From NCBI GenBank assembly GCA_002269645.1, contig NIVC01001450.1, positions 62,001 to 126,000 on the forward strand: a stretch of 64,000 nt of DNA, written 5' to 3'. Both the position numbers and the translations under genes were made by a program. The notes beneath the pieces were generated by a model that was given only the letters and a program-made list of their open reading frames with translations, had not been told where the DNA came from and did not search any database. Positions 50,777-61,500 of the stretch are shown one piece after another; the first letter of the stretch is position 1, and each line of letters begins with the position of its first letter. This stretch comes from Macrostomum lignano. Lineage: Eukaryota.

Positions 50777-53700
50777 TTAGAGCTCCATCTCCATGCCGAT
50801 GTCAGGCAAGTCCGGGTCGCCTTCGGCGAGCACCTCAGGGTGGCGCAAGCTGGGCTCGAACAGCTGACTGCCTCGCAGGTCAGGCTGAGCTGTGGCCGGC
50901 TGCTCCGGCGCGGGCTGATCGGCTGGGTCGACTTCGCTGTCTTCGCTCGACTCATAGGGCAGCATTGGCCGCTCTGTCTGGCGCGGCGGCTCCTGTGGTC
51001 GATCTGCCATCATCTGCGGCACCTTGATGATGTTGTTGCGGTGAACTAGCATTTCAGCTGGGCGTCCTCGGCGGGCTGTGGCTGTCGCTGGCTTGATCCA
51101 ATACGCCACTTCTCCGACTTTCTTGACGACCTTGTACATGCTCTTGTACGGCCGGTGGAACTTGGGCAGCTCTCCCAGTTCGAGCTTCGGGTTGGCCAGG
51201 CAGACCAGGTCTCCGGGCTGCATCTTCACGGGCTTTGGCCGGTTCTCGTAGTACTCCTCTCGGCGCTGGATCTCGGCTCGCAGTCGCTGTCGCACAATTC
51301 GTTCTGTCTCGGCCAGTCTGCGCTGATGTTTGGCAATGTACTCCGGGAGATCAGCTGATACATCCAGTCGGTCTAGGGTGTTATCGATCGGATACCGGTA
51401 GGGCACTCCGTAGATGACATAATGCGGCGAGAACCCGGTTGTACGATTGACTGTTGATCTTAAAGCTGTTAAAGCGGCTGGCAACATATTGTCCCATTTC
51501 TGATGGTCTTCTAGGAGACAGGTGAGCACCTTCTTGATGTTCTTATTGCACGACTCAGCTTGTCCATTGGCCCATGGCGAATACGGCGGCGTCGTGGTCT
51601 GCCGGATGCCGTAAACTTCGCAGAAGTGCCGGAACTCGTGTCCTGTGAACTGTTTCCCTTGATCGGAGTGAATCCATGCCGGGATTCCGGTGATCGGAAA
51701 CACTTGTTCCTGCAGGAGCATTATAATGGTCTTGGCCCGCTGATTCTTCATGGCGAAGGCGAAGGGGTATTTCGACGTAGTGTCGACGTAGGTCAAGATG
51801 TACTTGTTTCCTCGGCCTGTCGGGTCTCCAGTGGGGCCCAGGATATCGATTGCACATCGCCCATAGATTTCACAGACCGGAAACGATTGTACATGCGCCG
51901 GAATTCGTCGCCGTCCTTTGCTCTGAGTGCAGGTCTGGCAGGAAGCGACATAGTCGGACACTGCCTTGGCCAGGGCAGGTCGCCAGAACCTTTCGCGCAC
52001 CTTCGCGATGGTGAGGTCTCGGCCCATGTGTCCGCAGTAGGGTGAACCGTGGAGGTCGGCGAACACCGTGGCGTCGAGGCTCTTCGGCAGGACGATCCGC
52101 GCCGTTTCCTCCTCGCCAATATCGTCGAAATGAATTACCAGTAGTCCATCGTCTCGGACTTTGAGCTGCTCGTAGAACGCTAGTAGGTTTCGTTCGTCTC
52201 GCGTCATATTCAAACGCTGATTCAGCGGCGGCTTCGGCTGTCGGCTTTCCAAAAGATTGATCATCATGGCGATGGCAAAGTCAGCACGCTGATGAGTCTG
52301 GAGCTCCTCACGAGTGACTGGCCTCGGGATGTGATAAGTTAGATTCAATGTTGGGCGTCGGTTAGTTAAATTAGTCGGCGCGGCTTCGGCTGTGGCGGCA
52401 TGGTTTGGGGTCTGGAGCTCCCTCCGCATGATCGCTACTCTGGCCGGTTGCCGGGTCGTTGATGTGCCCGAAGGTCGATCCTCGTCGGTATCTTCGGCGT
52501 CACTGTTGTCGGATTCAGATCGGTCAGCAGTTGATGATGAGTCAGCAGAGCTGTCCGCACCGCTGCTGAATCTCACTCTTTTCTCGAACTTCGGGCAGCG
52601 AGCGGGTTGGCAGCTGTCCTCTCTGGCTGCGCTGTGGTCGCTGTCCGTGCCGTCTCCAGCTAGTAGTCGGCGGCTCCTTGACGGGCAACATGTCGTGCTA
52701 CTGAAACTGGTAGGCGACCTCTGCGAGTCATAGTAACGACTGGCTGATGGCCTCGGCTTCTTCGCCGGCGGGTGCAGCTCTGTCAGCGGCTTGCTGTCGG
52801 CTGTCGGTGTTGCTGGCGGCGTAGCCTCGCCGTTGGACTCCTTCAGCTTAGTCGGCGGTTTCCGTCGCTTACGGCGGGTCGACGGCTTCTTGCTCGGTGG
52901 ACTAGGGTGGCTGCTGTCGTGGACCTTCGGCGCCGCTGCGCCAGTTATCGCGGCTGGCTGCTTACTTTGGTCCTCATCAGCTGCCTCGCGCTGAGCCTCC
53001 TCCAAGCATTCGGCGTCGTCCTCCGGCCGTCTCGAGAGACCGTCGGCGTTTTGATGCTGACTCGATTTGCGATGCTGGATCTCGAACTCAAATTCACTTA
53101 GCCGTTGTAGCCATCGTCCGAAGATGCCTATTTGTTGAGTTCGCCGGAGAATCCAGGTCAACGCTGCATGGTCGGTTCGACAAATGAACTTCTTGGCCAG
53201 AAGGTAGAAGCGGAAATGTCGCATGCCATCTACGACTGCCAAGAGTTCTTGCTTAGTAATTGGATATCGGGCTTCAGCCGGTTTAAGTCGCCGGGAGAAA
53301 TAGCCAATTGGGCGCTCGATCCCGTCAGCTTGGCGTTGGCTCAGGCAGGCTCCGATTCTGGTCGCAGAAGCATCCGTGTCCAGGATAAACATTACTTCCG
53401 GATCCTCGCTGAACTGCGGATACGCGAGCACTGATGTCGAAGTCATGGCTGCTTTGAGCTGATCGAACGCGTCTTGCTGGGCTTTTCCCCATAGACAATT
53501 GAAATTTCTAATCTTCTTTTTCTTGGTTAAGTCGTGGAGCGGAGCTGCAAGTTCTGCATAGCCAGGTACAAATTTTGCATAGTAAGCGCACGTGCAGACA
53601 AAACTTTTAAGTTGTCGAGCTGTTCTTGGTCTTGGCCAGGTCTGAATAGCCTCGATCTTCGCCGGATCGGTCTTGATGCCGTCCTTAGGAACTACATGTC

Positions 53701-55369
53701 CCAGATAGTTTAGACTTGCCCGAAATAAATGGCACTTCCTGCCTTTGAACTTTAAGTTGGCCTCTTGAATTCGCTTAAATACTTCCTCCATATGCTGTAG
53801 ATGGTCATTAAATTTCTTAGAATAGACGATTACGTCATCCAGATAGGCTATTGCACTTTTGTAGGTGATCCCGTTGAGCACAGCGTTCATGAGGCGCATG
53901 AAGCTGGCTGGCGCCGAACTTAATCACATAGGCATCACATTGTAGGCGAATTGTCCGCGGTGCAGCGTGGCGAAGACGGTCAGATCTTGATCCTCTGAAC
54001 GCAGTGGAATCTGATAGTAGCCGCTGTTCAAGTCGAACGTGCTGAATAACTGGCTTCCTTCGAGGCTAGCGAACGCTTCCTGGATGTTCGGTATCGGGTA
54101 CGGAAAGTACTCGCACTTTTGGTTCAGACTCCTGAAGTCTTGTACAATTCTCAGGCTGCCGTCCTTCTTCGGGATGATCACCAGCGGGGTGTTGTAGCTG
54201 GAGAAGCTCGGTCGAATCACGCCTTTGGCAAGCAGATCGTCAAGCAGCTGGTCCACCTTGGGCAGCAGATGCGGCGGAATCCTTCGGGTCGGCAGATGTA
54301 CAGGATCCTTGTCCTTCAACACGATGTTGTGGGTGACCAGGTGAGTTCGGCCGAGATCGTGTGGCCCCTGCGAGAAGATGGTCTTGTACTTCTTCAATAG
54401 CTCGATGACTTAAGCGCGCTGGTCATTGGACAAGTCCTCGCCGATGTCGATCTCTTTGATCCAAGCGTCAGGATATTCGTCTTGAACTTGATTAACTGAA
54501 GCTTCTGGCTTCGGCAGCGGAAAGAATTGTAACTCGGGCAGTCTGATTGGTCTAGCGATCCCAACTAGGGCATTCGCTCGCACTTTGATGGAAGTAGTGC
54601 CTCGATTGATCATCTCAATGGCGCCTTCTCCATTGGCCATAGATATTAGGGCAGGCGCGGCGTCCAGTTGCTGCACATCTTCTTCACGCCGAGCCGGTTT
54701 TAGCGGCTCGATCACAGCGGGTGTGCCCTGGTTTTCTTCTCGTCCTTTTGCTAGTTTAATCTTGATTCGGGCTGATGATAACGGCGGCACGGTTGTGCTC
54801 TCAGCCGTGTAGATTCTGCACGTAGTAGCTTCGGTTCGCGTATAGCGCAGTGGTGCGGCAGTGCCATCCTTGAAAAACAGCATCCCGGCGGCGAGATCCA
54901 GTGATGTACTGTACTTCTCCAGGAACTCGAAGCCCAGGATGTTGTCATGAGATCCCTTCGCTAGCAGGAACTTGACTGCAGGCTCGAAACTTCCAATTTT
55001 AACTTTGATTGATAGTTGGCCTGCCATTTGAATAGGCTCTCCATTGTAGGTCACAATGCGTTGCAGGCAGGGCTCGATTTGGCCACGCAGGGTCGTGTCA
55101 TCGGTACAAAGTCGGTGCCAGGTGCTGAATCCTAGGACTTCGCACTTGGAGCCGGTGTCAAGCAGAAAAGCAAAATAACGACCCTGAATCTCACCAGTTA
55201 GAAACGGATCCCTTCGGGGTCGCTTGGGTGCAGAGTTCTGTACAGGTGCAGCGGAGGCGGTCTCAGCAGTGGCCTGCTGAGCGACTAAAGTCCTCGGCGG
55301 GGACCTTAGTGCTGGCTCGGCTGCTGGATGGCGCTGCCCCCGTTGGCGCGTCCAGCCATCCCGTTTCCC
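50777..55369 (-). pseudogene. pol: Gypsy-2 pol with two nonsense codons
   Basis: ORFs 54410-55420, 53924-54397 and 50777-53899 are in one frame, separated by TAA 54410-54412 and TGA 53924-53926 (VMPM*LSSAPASF). Confidence 0.92.
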
Positions 55370-55755
55370 GAGCTGCCGTTGCGCTGGGGCGCGGTGCTGG
55401 CCGCACGCCGGTGCGGGCACTCATCGGCGCGGTGCTCGCGATTGCACCTGTAACACATAGCGCTCTGTCGCCGCAGCTGATAGGGCGGCGCGCGTGAACC
55501 CGACTGTTGCTGCCGCTGCGGCTGCTGCTGCTGCTGCTGTCGACGTTGACCTCCTGCTGGCGGCGTCCTTGGCGGCGGGTTGCTGCCATCTCGTGGTTGC
55601 TGAAGTCGATGGAACTGCTCGTGCTGCACAATCCGTGTGCCGGGTGTCTTGAATTGGGCGCTCTCATCGGCGCTGCGGCGAGGAGTCGAGGGCACCAAAC
55701 ATCTGTTGCGTTGGCCCCAAGAGTCCCAGGGGCTCCACTTGTGATAAATAGGCAA
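55306..55755 (-). pseudogene. gag: Gypsy-2 gag C-terminal remnant (Gln-rich, CX2CX3HX4C knuckle)
   Basis: Knuckle present; capsid-length upstream coding sequence absent. Confidence 0.75.
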
Positions 55756-56261
55756 TTAGATAATAGCATGCACGGTAAGCAATTATTTAGGCCCTAGACA
55801 AACCTACTTGGAGCGTTTGGAGATTTTAAAGCTATTAATCCTAATCGCCTATCGCCGGTCGGCGAGTCCTACCAGTCTTTCTCCAATAGCCGCAGGTACA
55901 GTACAAGAAAAGAAAGAACACGAGGGAACACAAACCGAAATATTTAGAGAGTGATAATCCTATGATACAAACTGATAATTGGCTAGACGATTTAATTTGA
56001 TTACTCAAGTTACAGGATTCAAGCAATTTCGCGACGCAGATAATTAGACTGATGATAACGAATAATAACGATTAATAATAATGATTATATTACGCACTGA
56101 CAAGCGTATCTCAGCTCGAAGAAGAAGAAGGAGAACCGAACACGACCACGGAGAAGACTCCTAACCCCTGGCCTAAGCCAGAACCTACACTCAAACGAGA
56201 GCCCTGCCGAACCGACCGTTCAACGGAGTACCGACTAAATTCTATCGGCACTGCCCTTCAG

Positions 56262-56923
56262 TGTAACACTGAGGCCCTCGGGGTCGAGGCCGCGTACTTG
56301 ATCAGATCCGACAGTCTCTATCTAACCGCGCTTGATAGCGACGACTTCAGACAGAAATTTGCCGTAGACGTTACGCCACAAGACTACTGCGGTTGGGCGG
56401 GAACAAAGATACGGACCGGGGGTGATGAATTCAGGCGCCTCAAAGCGCGAACCAAAGGGAAACAGCTAGGCCACCGGCCGGGAGACAAGACAAAACCGGG
56501 GAAAGAGAGCAGGGAAAAAAATGAGATCCGATTGCCAAACACACATTCATATATAGTCAGAGTCACAACCCCTCAAAACCCCCCTCAAGCCGGGTGGTGG
56601 TCGTCTGGCCGGCCGCTTGCTTAAGCCGAATTGCACTGTGCCCGCGGCGCCGGGTAGAATTGAAACTTGCCGCGTGCCAGGGTCCAGGCCGGTTCTGATT
56701 GGCTGACCGCACAAAGCTGGGGTTCGCAGACAAACTCAACCCTCCGCTGAGTCACAAATGGCGTCTAACTCTAACCTGTTTACGCAAAATTGATTCCAAC
56801 TAACAAGGAAAAAGTACACCAAAAACGTATGACTAAACTAAAGCAAAATAATAATTCAATAACAATATAGAAACTAATGCAGTCAATTTACAACAAAATA
56901 CACGCAAAGATGCTCACACTACA
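56262..56923 (-). repeat. Gypsy-3 3' LTR (~660 bp)
   Basis: Minus strand begins TGTAG directly after PPT AGGAGGGGGGAG; CCAAT (56698-56702) and TATATA (~56550) inside; ...TTACA end at 56262 is tentative. Confidence 0.6.
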
Positions 56924-56938
56924 CTCCCCCCTCCTAAA
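56924..56938 (-). promoter_or_regulatory. Polypurine tract of Gypsy-3
   Basis: TTTAGGAGGGGGGAG immediately 5' of the LTR TG on the minus strand. Confidence 0.8.
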
Positions 56939-58575
56939 AGAAATAGAGTACAAAAGAAGAAAAATTTGAAAAATTCGAAATACGCGTAACATACTACTTT
57001 CAGTAAGCAAATGAGCACTATATAACGAAATTCGCGTTTACGGGAACCAAAATTCGCAAAAACGGAACGAGAATAACTATAGAAATTAGACGCAACGAAA
57101 CACTAATACAGTTTACTATGCAAAGCACAACATGACACATGACACGACATGAAACTATAAATCAAGTGCATAAGCAAAATTCTCTTACGCAACACGACAT
57201 TTCTACCATGAACAAATCAAAAGCAATGAAAAACAAGTCTTGACGGAAACACGAAATTCACGCAACAATAACAAATACTAGGCGAAATTCGATTAACATC
57301 AAATTCAATATTTCACTTCAAATTACATTTCCACGGCAGAAAACTAAACGAAACTAATTCTCGCGCACTTGAGACACAATGATACAAAAAGAAACGCATG
57401 CAACACAAAGAAACGCATGACCCATCACCACGAACGAATTAACGCGTTATCGCATTTCACAAAATTATTAAATTACTCCTTCTCGACGTGCTACGATGAA
57501 CCTTATCGGCTGGCAGAATTTTATTACTCGCTGATTTAACTATCCGCACCTCCCCCCTCCTAAAAAAGTAGGGTGGGCGCTCCGACCCTCACTGTCTCCA
57601 CAGCGGAATTCTTATCGCAATATACCACGACGCTTATCTCTAATTGGATGCCTCGACGATAATTAAGTTCCACCCACGCTCCCGTGGCGGACTAACACTC
57701 AGCGCGCGAAGACTATCGCCCATTGGCTGCAGTTTATGGTCTTGCCCAGGACCAATCCCCGTGGCGAAATTCACCGCCCAATGGCTGCAGTTTTCTGTCG
57801 TGCCCAGGACAAACTATAAATTCACCCGACCGGGCTCCTTTCTCGCACTTCATTCTTCTTTTGGTAATTTCTCTTCCTACGGCTGCAGTTTAACGTCGTG
57901 CCCAGGACGCCGGCTCTAGTGAACTTCCTTTCCAGCGGCTGCAGTTTAACGTCGTGCCCAGGACGCTTCAGACATTTCTAGCTGCAACATGTGACATGTC
58001 GGTTAGCTGTAAGTTAGAATTATTTTTGCGTCAAGCAGTGTTCTGACTCAAGCAATTTGAATAATATTTTTGTGTTGTTTTTATGAAGCTTTTACAATTT
58101 TTATGTTTTTATCGAATATTCACGCATGTCAATTCTACTGCAAGACTGTTTTTTTAAAATAATTTTTATAATAATATTTATTCCTTAATAATTTTCCCAT
58201 AATAATAATTCCGAATATACTGGCTGATAGAACCGCAGACGACTTCAATCTGGGCTCAATTCAATTTCAATTTCTATTTGCAACTTCCAATCGTTTCATA
58301 TCTTCTATGGTCGTCTATGGTATTTCTCTTTCATTAGCGTCCTGGAATCTACCAGGTGTGGCAGCTCGAGCAGTTCGTCTTCAACTCCCTCAATTACAGT
58401 GTCAACATCAGCACTTCCAAATCTCCATTATTTCCAATTTCTAATTTCTATTGACTATTTTTCTCCGGTTCCATTTTCGTTCAACAAATTTCTCGCGTCT
58501 GTCTCGACAAGTTACTATTAGTAATACAATTGAAATTTTTCGTCTCGACAGTACTTTCGTTTCTATAGACTCCAT

Positions 58576-61500
58576 TCAATGATAACCATATCGCTCCGGG
58601 GGTCTAATTGCCGCGCGGTTCCGCAGCCGCGGTATCCAGCTAACGTTATTCGTGCCTGCCCGCTGCGGGGGCGTACTGTGCACTGGACTCAGATGCATTA
58701 AATTCGGTGGAGTGCGCACAGGAATCTGCCTGGCCTGAGACCCCGCAGGACTCGCCTGCGTCTGCTGGTTTGCATTGGCCGCTGTCCGAGTATTTTCGAC
58801 TGCTCTATTCATATTACTTTCAGTAGCTTCGTGAGCTCTCTCACGTTGCAAAAATCTAATTCTCTCTGGTCTCTGAATCTCCACTTGGACTCGTTCTGAC
58901 TCCTCCGAGCCGTCATCACTAGCACTTCCAGCTTCCTCTTCTCGATATTGACGCAACTTTTCTTCTGACAAGTAGCAGGGCTTTGTTCTGTCTACTGTCA
59001 CTACGTCATGAATTCTGACGGGCTGCTCTATTCGGTCAACCTTTGGACCGGGCTCAATTTTTAAATTTTTTCCATTATTTCTTACTTCAAGCACTCGATA
59101 CGGACCTACCCACTTCCTATTCGTATCATAACAATTCTGCGTATTCGCTATCCAGACCAGGTCACCTGGCTGATAATACTGCTGGAATACTTTCGTGTCA
59201 TAATTAGATTTCTGCCGCCTGACTGATATTTGCTGCTTTTCTCTGGCGATTCTATACGATTCCATGCACTTCTTATACAGATCATGTAAATGTTTATCAC
59301 GGGTCTTGCGCTCCGGTGCAGGCAATCCGAGCTCAGCATCAACCGGTAGCCGCATCTTTCGACCATAGACTAATTCGAACGGGCTAAACTTATTACTTTC
59401 ACTGATTGTGCTTCGCTGAACCATCAAAGCGTGCGGAAGCACCTCATCCCATGCCAAACTGAGTTCACTCTGGGCTAATCTGATTCCATCTTTCACTACT
59501 CTGACCATGCGCTCGCAGCGACCATTAGCTTGCGGATGGTAGCTAGTAGTATGGCGCAAATCTATTCGGAAATTTTCGGTTAACGATTTCACTAATTCTG
59601 CAGTAAATGATGTACCTCTGTCTGATATGAACGCTTCAGGGGCACCATGCCGAGTGATCCACTCTGTGTACAGGGCCCAAGCTGTACTCTCAGCTGTACA
59701 ATCTCTAAGCGCTTTTACCTCTAGCCAGCCCGTAAAGTGATCAACCATCAGCAGGACGTACTTGTTCCCCCGTGCTGTGGCGTTGAACGGACCGGCGAAA
59801 TCTATATGTACTTTCTCGCCCATGTAACTGCTGACTTCTGGTTCTAAAGGCGCTCGTGGCTTCGGCCCGTATTTCTTTCTTGTCTGGCACTCAGTACAAG
59901 TCTTAATATATCTATCTAAGTTCGTTGAATAGTTTGGCCACCAAAATCTCTGTCGAATCAAATCTTTTGTCTTCGAAATACCGCCGTGAGCCATTTGATC
60001 GTGGTAAGCTCTAAACAACTGCTGCTCCAGGGCTTGGTTTTCCGGCAGTACAGTCTGCTCAAATTTTCGGCCTTCGGAATCTATCCAATTCCTGTAAATT
60101 ATGTCATTTTTCACTAATAGCTGCTCATAATCGCTAAATAAAGACTTATAACTGCGGCTCATTCCAACCCATTCATTCTTGGGCGGACAGGACTCTCCCT
60201 GTCTGAGCTTTTGCTTGAGCAGCAGCAACTCTGGCTGGCTCTCCTGCAGTTCTACAATTCCCGCTGGCGTATCGATATTAATTGCACCGCAGTGGACTGT
60301 TGCTGTCTTCGTCGCACTGCAAGTGGGGCATTCCTCATGGTAGCGTTTCGGGGGACCATCCCGCTGAGGTCTGCGACTCAGGGCGTCTGCGTTACCATGG
60401 GCAATCCCTTGGCGGTACTGAATTGCAAAGTCATATTCTTCCATTCTCGAAATAACTTCAAACTGATCAAACTGCTCAAGGATCATGTTCCACCTACCTA
60501 ACATGCCTTTTGCACCGTGGCACTTGCGTAGCCATTGGAGGGCCGCGTGGTCTGTCCTGACCTTGAAACGACGGCCGACCAGATAAGGCCGGTAATGTTC
60601 TAAGAAATATATCAGCGCAAACATTTCCTTCATCGTAGTGCAGTAATTCAACTGATGCTCATTTAACGGATGCGAAGCATAGGCTATTACTCTTTCTTCC
60701 CCATCTTGCTCTTGTAATAAATTTCCACCTATAGCTACGTCACAGGCGTCGACATCGAGGATGAACGGTCCCGCGTCGCTATCGAACCTGGGGTAGCTCA
60801 GCACAGGTGCGCTTACTAACTTCTGCTTTAATAGATCAATGCCTTCTGGCAACTGTCATCCCACTTATACTTGACATCTTTTCTAGTTAAATTATTCAAG
60901 GGCTCACTTATTCGCGCAAAGTCTTTAATAAATCTGCGATAGTAGCCGGCTAAGCCTAAGAATCCGCGCAGCTCAGAGATATTCTCTGGCCGGGGCCATG
61001 TCTGGACTTTTTCTATCTTATCTTTGCTGGTATAGATACCGTGCTGGCAGACGGTGTGCCCTAGGAAGGTGACTTCTTTCCGAAACAGAAAGGTCTTCTC
61101 TGGCTTGATTTTCATTCCAGCATCTGCTAATCGAGAGAAAATTAATTCTAAATTTCCTAGCATTTCTTCGAAATTCTTGCCTGTGCAAATTACATCATCT
61201 AGGTAGAGTAAGGCAAACTTATAAGCGTAATCGCCTAAGATCTTCTGCATTATGCGCTGAAAGCAAGCGGGTCCATTCGTGACTCCGAAAGGCAAAACTT
61301 TCCACTGGAACAGGCCATCGTGGGTTCGAAACGCTAATTTCTCGCGGTCAGTCTCTCTGACCTTCACTGACCAATAAGCGCCGACCATGTCTAGGGTGCT
61401 AAAGTACATGTTGCCTGCCAGGGATTCCAGCGATTCTTGAATTAGCGGTAACGGAAAACTGTCCTTCTTAGTCTTATTATTTAACTGTCTGAAATCACAG

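Larger units (their letters stand above)
48700..56260 (-). mobile_element. Gypsy-2: Ty3/Gypsy element (5'-truncated gag, -1 frameshift, PR, RT, RH, long linker, IN, 3' accessory region); LTR pair not found
   Basis: LLDTGS, YLDD, RH and HHCC/DDE integrase in Gypsy order; knuckle CYRCNREHRADEC. Boundaries approximate. Confidence 0.9.
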
